From the human T2T-CHM13v2.0 reference genome, Homo sapiens, in assembly GCF_009914755.1 (NCBI RefSeq), contig NC_060937.1: a stretch of DNA of 64,000 bases, one strand, 5' to 3'. Under the pieces are notes generated by a model. The model ran no database searches, was not told the origin of the DNA, and was given only the letters and a program-made list of their open reading frames with translations. The position numbers were made by a program, and so were the translations under genes. Positions within the stretch are counted from its first letter, which is position 1; every line of letters begins with the position of its first letter. This document shows, in pieces, positions 24,701-38,600 of the stretch.

Positions 24701-27700
24701 ATTCCCTTTTCCAGCGATATCATTAAAGCAATCTAAATATCCATTTGCAGAATCCACAAAAATAGAGTTTCAAAGCTGCTCTGTAAAAAGAAAGGTTCCA
24801 CTCTGTTAGCTGAGTACACACATCACAAACTTGTTTCTCAGAATCCTTCTGTCTCGTTTTTCTGGGAAGATATTTACTTTTTCACCGTAGGCATCAAAGC
24901 GCTCCAAATGTCCACATCCAGATACTCCAGAAAGAGTGTTTCAAACCTGCTCTATGAAAGGGAATCTTCAACTCTATGAGTTGAATGCAGACATCAGAAA
25001 GAAATTTCTGAGAATGCTGCTGTCTACCTTTTATTTGAATTCCCGCTTCCAACGAAATCCTCCAAGCTATCCAAATATCCACCTGCATTTTCCACAAAAA
25101 GAGCGTTTCAAAACTGCTCTATCAATAGAAATGTTCAACTCCTTTGGCTGGGTACACACATCACAAACAAGTTTCTGAGAATGCTTCTGTCTAGTTTTTA
25201 TGGGAAGACATTCCCTTTTTCACCAAAGGCATCAAAGCGCTCCAAATGTCCACTTCCAGACACTACAAAAAGAGTGTTTCCAACGTGCTCTAAGAAAGCG
25301 AATGTTCAACTCTGTGACTTGAATGCAGATATCACAAAGTAGTTTCTGAGAGGGCTTCTGTCTAGATTTTAGATGATGATATTCCCGTTTCCAACGAAAT
25401 CATTAGAGCTATCCAAATATCCACTTACAGTTTCTACAAAAAGAGTGTTTCCAAACTGCTGCATCAAAAGAGAGGTTCCACTCTGTTAGCTGAGTACACA
25501 CATCACAAACTTGTTTCTCAGAATCCTTCTGTCTCGTTTTTCTGGGAAGATATTTACTTTTTCACCGTAGGCATCAAAGCGCTCCAAATGTCCACATCCA
25601 GATACTCCAGAAAGAGTGTTTCAAACCTGCTCTATGAAAGGGAATCTTCAACTCTATGAGTTGAATGCAGACATCAGAAAGAAATTTCTGAGAATGCTGC
25701 TGTCTACCTTTTATTTGAATTCCCACTTCCAACGAAATCCTCCAAGCTATCCAAATATCCACTTGCAGATTCCACAAAAAGAGTGTTTCAAAACTGCTCT
25801 CTATCAATGGCAAAGTTCAACTCTGTTAGTTGAGGACACATATCACCAACAAGTTTCTGAGAATGCTTCTGTCTATTTTTTATGGGAAGATATTTCCTTT
25901 TTCACCGTAGGCGTCAAGGCGATCGAAATGTCCACTTCCACAAACTACAAAAAGAGTGTTTCAAACCTGCTCTATGAAAGGCCATGTTCATCTCTATGAG
26001 TCGAATGGAAATATCCGAAAGAAATTTCTGGGAATGCTGCTGTCTAGTTTTTATACGAATTCCCGCTTCCAACGAAATCCTCAAAGCAATCCAAATATCC
26101 ACTTGCAGAATCCACAAAAAGAGTGTTTCAAAACTGCTCTATCAATAGAAAGGTTCAACTCTTTTAGTTGAGTACACACATCACAAACAAGTTTCTGAGA
26201 ATGCTTCTGTCTGGCTTTTATTGGAAGACGTTTCCTTTTCACCAAAGGCATCAAAGCGCTCCAAATGTCCACTTCCAGATTCTTCCAAAAGAGTGTTTGA
26301 AACGTGCTCAAAGTAAGGGAATGTTCAACTCTGTGACTTGAATGCAGATATCACCAAGTAGTTTCTAATAGTGCTTCTGTCTAGATTTTAGATGATGATA
26401 TTCCCGTTTCCAACGAAATCGTTAGAGCTATCCAAATATCCACTTACAGTTGCTACAAAAACAGTGTTTCCAAACTGCTGCATCAAAAGAAAGGTTCAAC
26501 TCTGTTAGTTGAGGACACACATCACAAAGAAGTTTGTGAGAATGCTTCTGTCTAGATTTTGTATGACCATATTCCCTTTTCCAGCGATATCATTAAAGCA
26601 ATCTAAATATCCATTTGCAGAATCCACAAAAATAGAGTTTCAAAGCTGCTCTGTAAAAAGAAAGGTTCCACTCTGTTAGCTGAGTACACACATCACAAAC
26701 TTGTTTCTCAGAATCCTTCTGTCTCGTTTTTATGGGAAGATATTTACTTTTTCACCGTAGGCATCAAAGCGCTCCAAATGTCCACATCCAGATACTCCAG
26801 AAAGAGTGTTTCAAACCTGCTCTATGAAAGGGAATCTTCAACTCTATGAGTTGAATGCAGACATCAGAAAGAAATTTCTGAGAATGCTGCTGTCTACCTT
26901 TTATTTGAATTCCCGCTTCCAACGAAATCCTCCAAGCTATCCAAATATCCACCTGCATTTTCCACAAAAAGAGCGTTTCAAAACTGCTCTATCAATAGAA
27001 ATGTTCAACTCCTTTGGCTGGGTACACACATCACAAACAAGTTTCTGAGAATGCTTCTGTCTAGTTTTTATGGGAAGACATTCCCTTTTTCACCAAAGGC
27101 ATCAAAGCGCTCCAAATGTCCACTTCCAGACACTACAAAAAGAGTGTTTCCAACGTGCTCTAAGAAAGCGAATGTTCAACTCTGTGACTTGAATGCAGAT
27201 ATCACAAAGTAGTTTCTGAGAGGGCTTCTGTCTAGATTTTAGATGATGATATTCCCGTTTCCAACGAAATCATTAGAGCTATCCAAATATCCACTTACAG
27301 TTTCTACAAAAAGAGTGTTTCCAAACTGCTGCATCAAAAGAGAGGTTCCACTCTGTTAGCTGAGTACACACATCACAAACTTGTTTCTGAGAATCCTTCT
27401 GTCTCGTTTTTCTGGGAAGATATTTACTTTTTCACCGTAGGCATCAAAGCGCTCCAAATGTCCACATCCAGATACTCCAGAAAGAGTGTTTCAAACCTGC
27501 TCTATGAAAGGGAATCTTCAACTCTATGAGTTGAATGCAGACATCAGAAAGAAATTTCTGAGAATGCTGCTGTCTACCTTTTATTTGAATTCCCGCTTCC
27601 AACGAAATCCTCCAAGCTATCCAAATATCCACTTGCAGATTCCACAAAAAGAGTGTTTCAAAACTGCTCTCTATCAATGGCAAAGTTCAACTCTGTTAGT

Positions 27701-28321
27701 TGAGGACACATATCACCAACAAGTTTCTGAGAATGCTTCTGTCTATTTTTTATGGGAAGATATTTCCTTTTTCACCGTAGGCGTCAAGGCGATCGAAATG
27801 TCCACTTCCACAAACTACAAAAAGAGTGTTTCAAACCTGCTCTATGAAAGGCCATGTTCATCTCTATGAGTCGAATGGAAATATCCGAAAGAAATTTCTG
27901 GGAATGCTGCTGTCTAGTTTTTATACGAATTCCCGCTTCCAACGAAATCCTCAAAGCAATCCAAATATCCACTTGCAGAATCCACAAAAAGAGTGTTTCA
28001 AAACTGCTCTATCAATAGAAAGGTTCAACTCTTTTAGTTGAGTACACACATCACAAACAAGTTTCTGAGAATGCTTCTGTCTGGCTTTTATTGGAAGACG
28101 TTTCCTTTTCACCAAAGGCATCAAAGCGCTCCAAATGTCCACTTCCAGATTCTTCCAAAAGAGTGTTTGAAACGTGCTCAAAGTAAGGGAATGTTCAACT
28201 CTGTGACTTGAATGCAGATATCACCAAGTAGTTTCTAATAGTGCTTCTGTCTAGATTTTAGATGATGATATTCCCGTTTCCAACGAAATCGTTAGAGCTA
28301 TCCAAATATCCACTTACAGTT
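15537..28321. repeat. Copy 1 of ~12.8-kb intra-array duplication
   Basis: Block order B'-A-A-B-A-A-B-A-A-B-A-B-A and rare SNPs recur at +14,108 bp. Confidence 0.9.
15716..16393 (-). repeat. Variant 4-monomer block B' (678 bp), copy 1
   Basis: 2-bp deletion (caataaatg vs caatagaaatg) plus six linked substitutions between 15862 and 15974. Confidence 0.95.
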
Positions 28322-29644
28322 GCTACAAAAACAGTGTTTCCAAACTGCTGCATCAAAAGAAAGGTTCAACTCTGTTAGTTGAGGACACACGTCACAAAGA
28401 AGTTTGTGAGAATGCTTCTGTCTAGATTTTGTATGACGATATTCCCTTTTCCAACGATATCATTAAAGCAATCTAAATATCCATTTGCAGAATCCACAAA
28501 AATAGAGTTTCAAAGCTGCTCTGTAAAAAGAAAGGTTCCACTCTGTTAGCTGAGTACACACATCACAAACTTGTTTCTGAGAATCCTTCTGTGTCGTTTT
28601 TATGGGAAGATATTTACTTTTTCACCGTAGGCATCAAAGCGCTCCAAATGTCCACATCCAGATACTCCAGAAAGAGTGTTTCAAACCTGCTCTATGAAAG
28701 GGAATCTTCAACTCTATGAGTTGAATGCAGACATCAGAAAGAAATTTCTGAGAATGCTGCTGTCTACCTTTTATTTGAATTCCCGCTTCCAACGAAATCC
28801 TCCAAGCTATCCAAATATCCACTTGCAGATTCCACAAAAAGAGTGTTTCAAAACTGCTCTCTATCAATGGCAAAGTTCAACTCTGTTAGTTGAGGACACA
28901 TATCACCAACAAGTTTCTGAGAATGCTTCTGTCTATTTTTTATGGGAAGATATTTCCTTTTTCACCGTAGGCGTCAAGGCGATCGAAATGTCCACTTCCA
29001 CAAACTACAAAAAGAGTGTTTCAAACCTGCTCTATGAAAGGCCATGTTCATCTCTATGAGTCGAATGGAAATATCCGAAAGAAATTTCTGGGAATGCTGC
29101 TGTCTAGTTTTTATACGAATTCCCGCTTCCAACGAAATCCTCAAAGCAATCCAAATATCCACTTGCAGAATCCACAAAAAGAGTGTTTCAAAACTGCTCT
29201 ATCAATAGAAAGGTTCAACTCTTTTAGTTGAGTACACACATCACAAACAAGTTTCTGAGAATGCTTCTGTCTGGCTTTTATTGGAAGACGTTTCCTTTTC
29301 ACCAAAGGCATCAAAGCGCTCCAAATGTCCACTTCCAGATTCTTCCAAAAGAGTGTTTGAAACGTGCTCAAAGTAAGGGAATGTTCAACTCTGTGACTTG
29401 AATGCAGATATCACCAAGTAGTTTCTAATAGTGCTTCTGTCTAGATTTTAGATGATGATATTCCCGTTTCCAACGAAATCGTTAGAGCTATCCAAATATC
29501 CACTTACAGTTGCTACAAAAACAGTGTTTCCAAACTGCTGCATCAAAAGAAAGGTTCAACTCTGTTAGTTGAGGACACACGTCACAAAGAAGTTTGTGAG
29601 AATGCTTCTGTCTAGATTTTGTATGACGATATTCCCTTTTCCAA

Positions 29645-32600
29645 CGATATCATTAAAGCAATCTAAATATCCATTTGCAGAATCCACAAAAATAGAGTTT
29701 CAAAGCTGCTCTGTAAAAAGAAAGGTTCCACTCTGTTAGCTGAGTACACACATCACAAACTTGTTTCTCAGAATCCTTCTGTCTCGTTTTTCTGGGAAGA
29801 TATTTACTTTTTCACCGTAGGCATCAAAGCGCTCCAAATGTCCACATCCAGATACTCCAGAAAGAGTGTTTCAAACCTGCTCTATGAAAGGGAATCTTCA
29901 ACTCTATGAGTTGAATGCAGACATCAGAAAGAAATTTCTGAGAATGCTGCTGTCTACCTTTTATTTGAACTCCCGCTTCCAACGAAATCCTCCAAGCTAT
30001 CCAAATATCCACTTGCATTTTCCACAAAAAGAGTGCTTCAAAACTGCTCTATCAATAAATGTTCAACTCCTTTAGCTGGGTGCACACATCACAAACAAGT
30101 TTCTGAGAATGCTTCTGTCTAGTTTTTATGGGAAGACATTCCCTTTTTCACCAAAGGCATCAAAGCGCTCCAAATGTCCACTTCCAGACACTACAAAAAG
30201 AGTGTTTCCAACGTGCTCTAAGAAAGCGAATGTTCAACTCTGTGACTTGAATGCAGATATCACAAAGTAGTTTCTGAGAGGGCTTCTGTCTAGATTTTAG
30301 ATGATGATATTCCCGTTTCCAACGAAATCATTAGAGCTATCCAAATATCCACTTACGGTTTCTACAAAAAGAGTGTTTCCAAACTGCTGCATCAAAAGAG
30401 AGGTTCCACTCTGTTAGCTGAGTACACACATCACAAACTTGTTTCTGAGAATCCTTCTGTGTCGTTTTTATGGGAAGATATTTACTTTTTCACCGTAGGC
30501 ATCAAAGCGCTCCAAATGTCCACATCCAGATACTCCAGAAAGAGTGTTTCAAACCTGCTCTATGAAAGGGAATCTTCAACTCTATGAGTTGAATGCAGAC
30601 ATCAGAAAGAAATTTCTGAGAATGCTGCTGTCTACCTTTTATTTGAATTCCCGCTTCCAACGAAATCCTCCAAGCTATCCAAATATCCACTTGCAGATTC
30701 CACAAAAAGAGTGTTTCAAAACTGCTCTCTATCAATGGCAAAGTTCAACTCTGTTAGTTGAGGACACATATCACCAACAAGTTTCTGAGAATGCTTCTGT
30801 CTATTTTTTATGGGAAGATATTTCCTTTTTCACCGTAGGCGTCAAGGCGATCGAAATGTCCACTTCCACAAACTACAAAAAGAGTGTTTCAAACCTGCTC
30901 TATGAAAGGCCATGTTCATCTCTATGAGTCGAATGGAAATATCCGAAAGAAATTTCTGGGAATGCTGCTGTCTAGTTTTTATACGAATTCCCGCTTCCAA
31001 CGAAATCCTCAAAGCAATCCAAATATCCACTTGCAGAATCCACAAAAAGAGTGTTTCAAAACTGCTCTATCAATAGAAAGGTTCAACTCTTTTAGTTGAG
31101 TACACACATCACAAACAAGTTTCTGAGAATGCTTCTGTCTGGCTTTTATTGGAAGACGTTTCCTTTTCACCAAAGGCATCAAAGCGCTCCAAATGTCCAC
31201 TTCCAGATTCTTCCAAAAGAGTGTTTGAAACGTGCTCAAAGTAAGGGAATGTTCAACTCTGTGACTTGAATGCAGATATCACCAAGTAGTTTCTAATAGT
31301 GCTTCTGTCTAGATTTTAGATGATGATATTCCCGTTTCCAACGAAATCGTTAGAGCTATCCAAATATCCACTTACAGTTGCTACAAAAACAGTGTTTCCA
31401 AACTGCTGCATCAAAAGAAAGGTTCAACTCTGTTAGTTGAGGACACACATCACAAAGAAGTTTGTGAGAATGCTTCTGTCTAGATTTTGTATGACGATAT
31501 TCCCTTTTCCAACGATATCGTTAAAGCAATCTAAATATCCATTTGCAGAATCCACAAAAATAGAGTTTCAAAGCTGCTCTGTAAAAAGAAAGGTTCCACT
31601 CTGTTAGCTGAGTACACACATCACAAACTTGTTTCTCAGAATCCTTCTGTCTCGTTTTTATGGGAAGATATTTACTTTTTCACCGTAGGCATCAAAGCGC
31701 TCCAAATGTCCACATCCAGATACTCCAGAAAGAGTGTTTCAAACCTGCTCTATGAAAGGGAATCTTCAACTCTATGAGTTGAATGCAGACATCAGAAAGA
31801 AATTTCTGAGAATGCTGCTGTCTACCTTTTATTTGAATTCCCGCTTCCAACGAAATCCTCCAAGCTATCCAAATATCCACTTGCAGATTCCACAAAAAGA
31901 GTGTTTCAAAACTGCTCTCTATCAATGGCAAAGTTCAACTCTGTTAGTTGAGGACACATATCACCAACAAGTTTCTGAGAATGCTTCTGTCTATTTTTTA
32001 TGGGAAGATATTTCCTTTTTCACCGTAGGCGTCAAGGCGATCGAAATGTCCACTTCCACAAACTACAAAAAGAGTGTTTCAAACCTGCTCTATGAAAGGC
32101 CATGTTCATCTCTATGAGTCGAATGGAAATATCCGAAAGAAATTTCTGGGAATGCTGCTGTCTAGTTTTTATACGAATTCCCGCTTCCAACGAAATCCTC
32201 AAAGCAATCCAAATATCCACTTGCAGAATCCACAAAAAGAGTGTTTCAAAACTGCTCTATCAATAGAAAGGTTCAACTCTTTTAGTTGAGTACACACATC
32301 ACAAACAAGTTTCTGAGAATGCTTCTGTCTGGCTTTTATTGGAAGACGTTTCCTTTTCACCAAAGGCATCAAAGCGCTCCAAATGTCCACTTCCAGATTC
32401 TTCCAAAAGAGTGTTTGAAACGTGCTCAAAGTAAGGGAATGTTCAACTCTGTGACTTGAATGCAGATATCACCAAGTAGTTTCTAATAGTGCTTCTGTCT
32501 AGATTTTAGATGATGATATTCCCGTTTCCAACGAAATCGTTAGAGCTATCCAAATATCCACTTACAGTTTCTACAAAAAGAGTGTTTCCAAACTGCTGCA

Positions 32601-35600
32601 TCAAAAGAAAGGTTCAACTCTGTTAGTTGAGGACACACATCACAAAGAAGTTTGTGAGAATGCTTCTGTCTATATTTTGTATGACCATATTCCCTTTTCC
32701 AGCGATATCATTAAAGCAATCTAAATATCCATTTGCAGAATCCACAAAAATAGAGTTTCAAAGCTGCTCTGTAAAAAGAAAGGTTCCACTCTGTTAGCTG
32801 AGTACACACATCACAAACTTGTTTCTCAGAATCCTTCTGTCTCGTTTTTATGGGAAGATATTTACTTTTTCACCGTAGGCATCAAAGCGCTCCAAATGTC
32901 CACATCCAGATACTCCAGAAAGAGTGTTTCAAACCTGCTCTATGAAAGGGAATCTTCAACTCTATGAGTTGAATGCAGACATCAGAAAGAAATTTCTGAG
33001 AATGCTGCTGTCTACCTTTTATTTGAATTCCCGCTTCCAACGAAATCCTCCAAGCTATCCAAATATCCACCTGCATTTTCCACAAAAAGAGCGTTTCAAA
33101 ACTGCTCTATCAATAGAAATGTTCAACTCCTTTGGCTGGGTACACACATCACAAACAAGTTTCTGAGAATGCTTCTGTCTAGTTTTTATGGGAAGACATT
33201 CCCTTTTTCACCAAAGGCATCAAAGCGCTCCAAATGTCCACTTCCAGACACTACAAAAAGAGTGTTTCCAACGTGCTCTAAGAAAGCGAATGTTCAACTC
33301 TGTGACTTGAATGCAGATATCACAAAGTAGTTTCTGAGAGGGCTTCTGTCTAGATTTTAGATGATGATATTCCCGTTTCCAACGAAATCATTAGAGCTAT
33401 CCAAATATCCACTTACAGTTTCTACAAAAAGAGTGTTTCCAAACTGCTGCATCAAAAGAGAGGTTCCACTCTGTTAGCTGAGTACACACATCACAAACTT
33501 GTTTCTCAGAATCCTTCTGTCTCGTTTTTATGGGAAGATATTTACTTTTTCACCGTAGGCATCAAAGCGCTCCAAATGTCCACATCCAGATACTCCAGAA
33601 AGAGTGTTTCAAACCTGCTCTATGAAAGGGAATCTTCAACTCTATGAGTTGAATGCAGACATCAGAAAGAAATTTCTGAGAATGCTGCTGTCTACCTTTT
33701 ATTTGAATTCCCGCTTCCAACGAAATCCTCCAAGCTATCCAAATATCCACTTGCAGATTCCACAAAAAGAGTGTTTCAAAACTGCTCTCTATCAATGGCA
33801 AAGTTCAACTCTGTTAGTTGAGGACACATATCACCAACAAGTTTCTGAGAATGCTTCTGTCTATTTTTTATGGGAAGATATTTCCTTTTTCACCGTAGGC
33901 GTCAAGGCGATCGAAATGTCCACTTCCACAAACTACAAAAAGAGTGTTTCAAACCTGCTCTATGAAAGGCCATGTTCATGTCTATGAGTCGAATGGAAAT
34001 ATCCGAAAGAAATTTCTGGGAATGCTGCTGTCTAGTTTTTATACGAATTCCCGCTTCCAACGAAATCCTCAAAGCAATCCAAATATCCACTTGCAGAATC
34101 CACAAAAAGAGTGTTTCAAAACTGCTCTATCAATAGAAAGGTTCAACTCTTTTAGTTGAGTACACACATCACAAACAAGTTTCTGAGAATGCTTCTGTCT
34201 GGCTTTTATTGGAAGACGTTTCCTTTTCACCAAAGGCATCAAAGCGCTCCAAATGTCCACTTCCAGATTCTTCCAAAAGAGTGTTTGAAACGTGCTCAAA
34301 GTAAGGGAATGTTCAACTCTGTGACTTGAATGCAGATATCACCAAGTAGTTTCTAATAGTGCTTCTGTCTAGATTTTAGATGATGATATTCCCGTTTCCA
34401 ACGAAATCGTTAGAGCTATCCAAATATCCACTTACAGTTGCTACAAAAACAGTGTTTCCAAACTGCTGCATCAAAAGAAAGGTTCAACTCTGTTAGTTGA
34501 GGACACACGTCACAAAGAAGTTTGTGAGAATGCTTCTGTCTAGATTTTGTATGACGATATTCCCTTTTCCAACGATATCATTAAAGCAATCTAAATATCC
34601 ATTTGCAGAATCCACAAAAATAGAGTTTCAAAGCTGCTCTGTAAAAAGAAAGGTTCCACTCTGTTAGCTGAGTACACACATCACAAACTTGTTTCTCAGA
34701 ATCCTTCTGTCTCGTTTTTCTGGGAAGATATTTACTTTTTCACCGTAGGCATCAAAGCGCTCCAAATGTCCACATCCAGATACTCCAGAAAGAGTGTTTC
34801 AAACCTGCTCTATGAAAGGGAATCTTCAACTCTATGAGTTGAATGCAGACATCAGAAAGAAATTTCTGAGAATGCTGCTGTCTACCTTTTATTTGAATTC
34901 CCGCTTCCAACGAAATCCTCCAAGCTATCCAAATATCCACTTGCAGATTCCACAAAAAGAGTGTTTCAAAACTGCTCTCTATCAATGGCAAAGTTCAACT
35001 CTGTTAGTTGAGGACACATATCACCAACAAGTTTCTGAGAATGCTTCTGTCTATTTTTTATGGGAAGATATTTCCTTTTTCACCGTAGGCGTCAAGGCGA
35101 TCGAAATGTCCACTTCCACAAACTACAAAAAGAGTGTTTCAAACCTGCTCTATGAAAGGCCATGTTCATCTCTATGAGTCGAATGGAAATATCCGAAAGA
35201 AATTTCTGGGAATGCTGCTGTCTAGTTTTTATACGAATTCCCGCTTCCAACGAAATCCTCAAAGCAATCCAAATATCCACTTGCAGAATCCACAAAAAGA
35301 GTGTTTCAAAACTGCTCTATCAATAGAAAGGTTCAACTCTTTTAGTTGAGTACACACATCACAAACAAGTTTCTGAGAATGCTTCTGTCTGGCTTTTATT
35401 GGAAGACGTTTCCTTTTCACCAAAGGCATCAAAGCACTCCAAATGTCCACTTCCAGATTCTTCCAAAAGAGTGTTTGAAACGTGCTCAAAGTAAGGGAAT
35501 GTTCAACTCTGTGACTTGAATGCAGATATCACCAAGTAGTTTCTAATAGTGCTTCTGTCTAGATTTTAGATGATGATATTCCCGTTTCCAACGAAATCGT

Positions 35601-38600
35601 TAGAGCTATCCAAATATCCACTTACAGTTTCTACAAAAAGAGTGTTTCCAAACTGCTGCATCAAAAGAAAGGTTCAACTCTGTTAGTTGAGGACACACAT
35701 CACAAAGAAGTTTGTGAGAATGCTTCTGTCTATATTTTGTATGACCATATTCCCTTTTCCAGCGATATCATTAAAGCAATCTAAATATCCATTTGCAGAA
35801 TCCACAAAAATAGAGTTTCAAAGCTGCTCTGTAAAAAGAAAGGTTCCACTCTGTTAGCTGAGTACACACATCACAAACTTGTTTCTCAGAATCCTTCTGT
35901 CTCGTTTTTCTGGGAAGATATTTACTTTTTCACCGTAGGCATCAAAGCGCTCCAAATGTCCACATCCAGATACTCCAGAAAGAGTGTTTCAAACCTGCTC
36001 TATGAAAGGGAATCTTCAACTCTATGAGTTGAATGCAGACATCAGAAAGAAATTTCTGAGAATGCTGCTGTCTACCTTTTATTTGAATTCCCGCTTCCAA
36101 CGAAATCCTCCAAGCTATCCAAATATCCACCTGCATTTTCCACAAAAAGAGCGTTTCAAAACTGCTCTATCAATAGAAATGTTCAACTCCTTTGGCTGGG
36201 TACACACATCACAAACAAGTTTCTGAGAATGCTTCTGTCTAGTTTTTATGGGAAGACATTCCCTTTTTCACCAAAGGCATCAAAGCGCTCCAAATGTCCA
36301 CTTCCAGACACTACAAAAAGAGTGTTTCCAACGTGCTCTAAGAAAGCGAATGTTCAACTCTGTGACTTGAATGCAGATATCACAAAGTAGTTTCTGAGAG
36401 GGCTTCTGTCTAGATTTTAGATGATGATATTCCCGTTTCCAACGAAATCATTAGAGCTATCCAAATATCCACTTACAGTTTCTACAAAAAGAGTGTTTCC
36501 AAACTGCTGCATCAAAAGAGAGGTTCCACTCTGTTAGCTGAGTACACACATCACAAACTTGTTTCTCAGAATCCTTCTGTCTCGTTTTTCTGGGAAGATA
36601 TTTACTTTTTCACCGTAGGCATCAAAGCGCTCCAAATGTCCACATCCAGATACTCCAGAAAGAGTGTTTCAAACCTGCTCTATGAAAGGGAATCTTCAAC
36701 TCTATGAGTTGAATGCAGACATCAGAAAGAAATTTCTGAGAATGCTGCTGTCTACCTTTTATTTGAATTCCCGCTTCCAACGAAATCCTCCAAGCTATCC
36801 AAATATCCACTTGCAGATTCCACAAAAAGAGTGTTTCAAAACTGCTCTCTATCAATGGCAAAGTTCAACTCTGTTAGTTGAGGACACATATCACCAACAA
36901 GTTTCTGAGAATGCTTCTGTCTATTTTTTATGGGAAGATATTTCCTTTTTCACCGTAGGCGTCAAGGCGATCGAAATGTCCACTTCCACAAACTACAAAA
37001 AGAGTGTTTCAAACCTGCTCTATGAAAGGCCATGTTCATGTCTATGAGTCGAATGGAAATATCCGAAAGAAATTTCTGGGAATGCTGCTGTCTAGTTTTT
37101 ATACGAATTCCCGCTTCCAACGAAATCCTCAAAGCAATCCAAATATCCACTTGCAGAATCCACAAAAAGAGTGTTTCAAAACTGCTCTATCAATAGAAAG
37201 GTTCAACTCTTTTAGTTGAGTACACACATCACAAACAAGTTTCTGAGAATGCTTCTGTCTGGCTTTTATTGGAAGACGTTTCCTTTTCACCAAAGGCATC
37301 AAAGCGCTCCAAATGTCCACTTCCAGATTCTTCCAAAAGAGTGTTTGAAACGTGCTCAAAGTAAGGGAATGTTCAACTCTGTGACTTGAATGCAGATATC
37401 ACCAAGTAGTTTCTAATAGTGCTTCTGTCTAGATTTTAGATGATGATATTCCCGTTTCCAACGAAATCGTTAGAGCTATCCAAATATCCACTTACAGTTG
37501 CTACAAAAACAGTGTTTCCAAACTGCTGCATCAAAAGAAAGGTTCAACTCTGTTAGTTGAGGACACACGTCACAAAGAAGTTTGTGAGAATGCTTCTGTC
37601 TAGATTTTGTATGACGATATTCCCTTTTCCAACGATATCATTAAAGCAATCTAAATATCCATTTGCAGAATCCACAAAAATAGAGTTTCAAAGCTGCTCT
37701 GTAAAAAGAAAGGTTCCACTCTGTTAGCTGAGTACACACATCACAAACTTGTTTCTCAGAATCCTTCTGTCTCGTTTTTATGGGAAGATATTTACTTTTT
37801 CACCGTAGGCATCAAAGCGCTCCAAATGTCCACATCCAGATACTCCAGAAAGAGTGTTTCAAACCTGCTCTATGAAAGGGAATCTTCAACTCTATGAGTT
37901 GAATGCAGACATCAGAAAGAAATTTCTGAGAATGCTGCTGTCTACCTTTTATTTGAATTCCCGCTTCCAACGAAATCCTCCAAGCTATCCAAATATCCAC
38001 TTGCAGATTCCACAAAAAGAGTGTTTCAAAACTGCTCTCTATCAATGGCAAAGTTCAACTCTGTTAGTTGAGGACACATATCACCAACAAGTTTCTGAGA
38101 ATGCTTCTGTCTATTTTTTATGGGAAGATATTTCCTTTTTCACCGTAGGCGTCAAGGCGATCGAAATGTCCACTTCCACAAACTACAAAAAGAGTGTTTC
38201 AAACCTGCTCTATGAAAGGCCATGTTCATCTCTATGAGTCGAATGGAAATATCCGAAAGAAATTTCTGGGAATGCTGCTGTCTAGTTTTTATACGAATTC
38301 CCGCTTCCAACGAAATCCTCAAAGCAATCCAAATATCCACTTGCAGAATCCACAAAAAGAGTGTTTCAAAACTGCTCTATCAATAGAAAGGTTCAACTCT
38401 TTTAGTTGAGTACACACATCACAAACAAGTTTCTGAGAATGCTTCTGTCTGGCTTTTATTGGAAGACGTTTCCTTTTCACCAAAGGCATCAAAGCGCTCC
38501 AAATGTCCACTTCCAGATTCTTCCAAAAGAGTGTTTGAAACGTGCTCAAAGTAAGGGAATGTTCAACTCTGTGACTTGAATGCAGATATCACCAAGTAGT

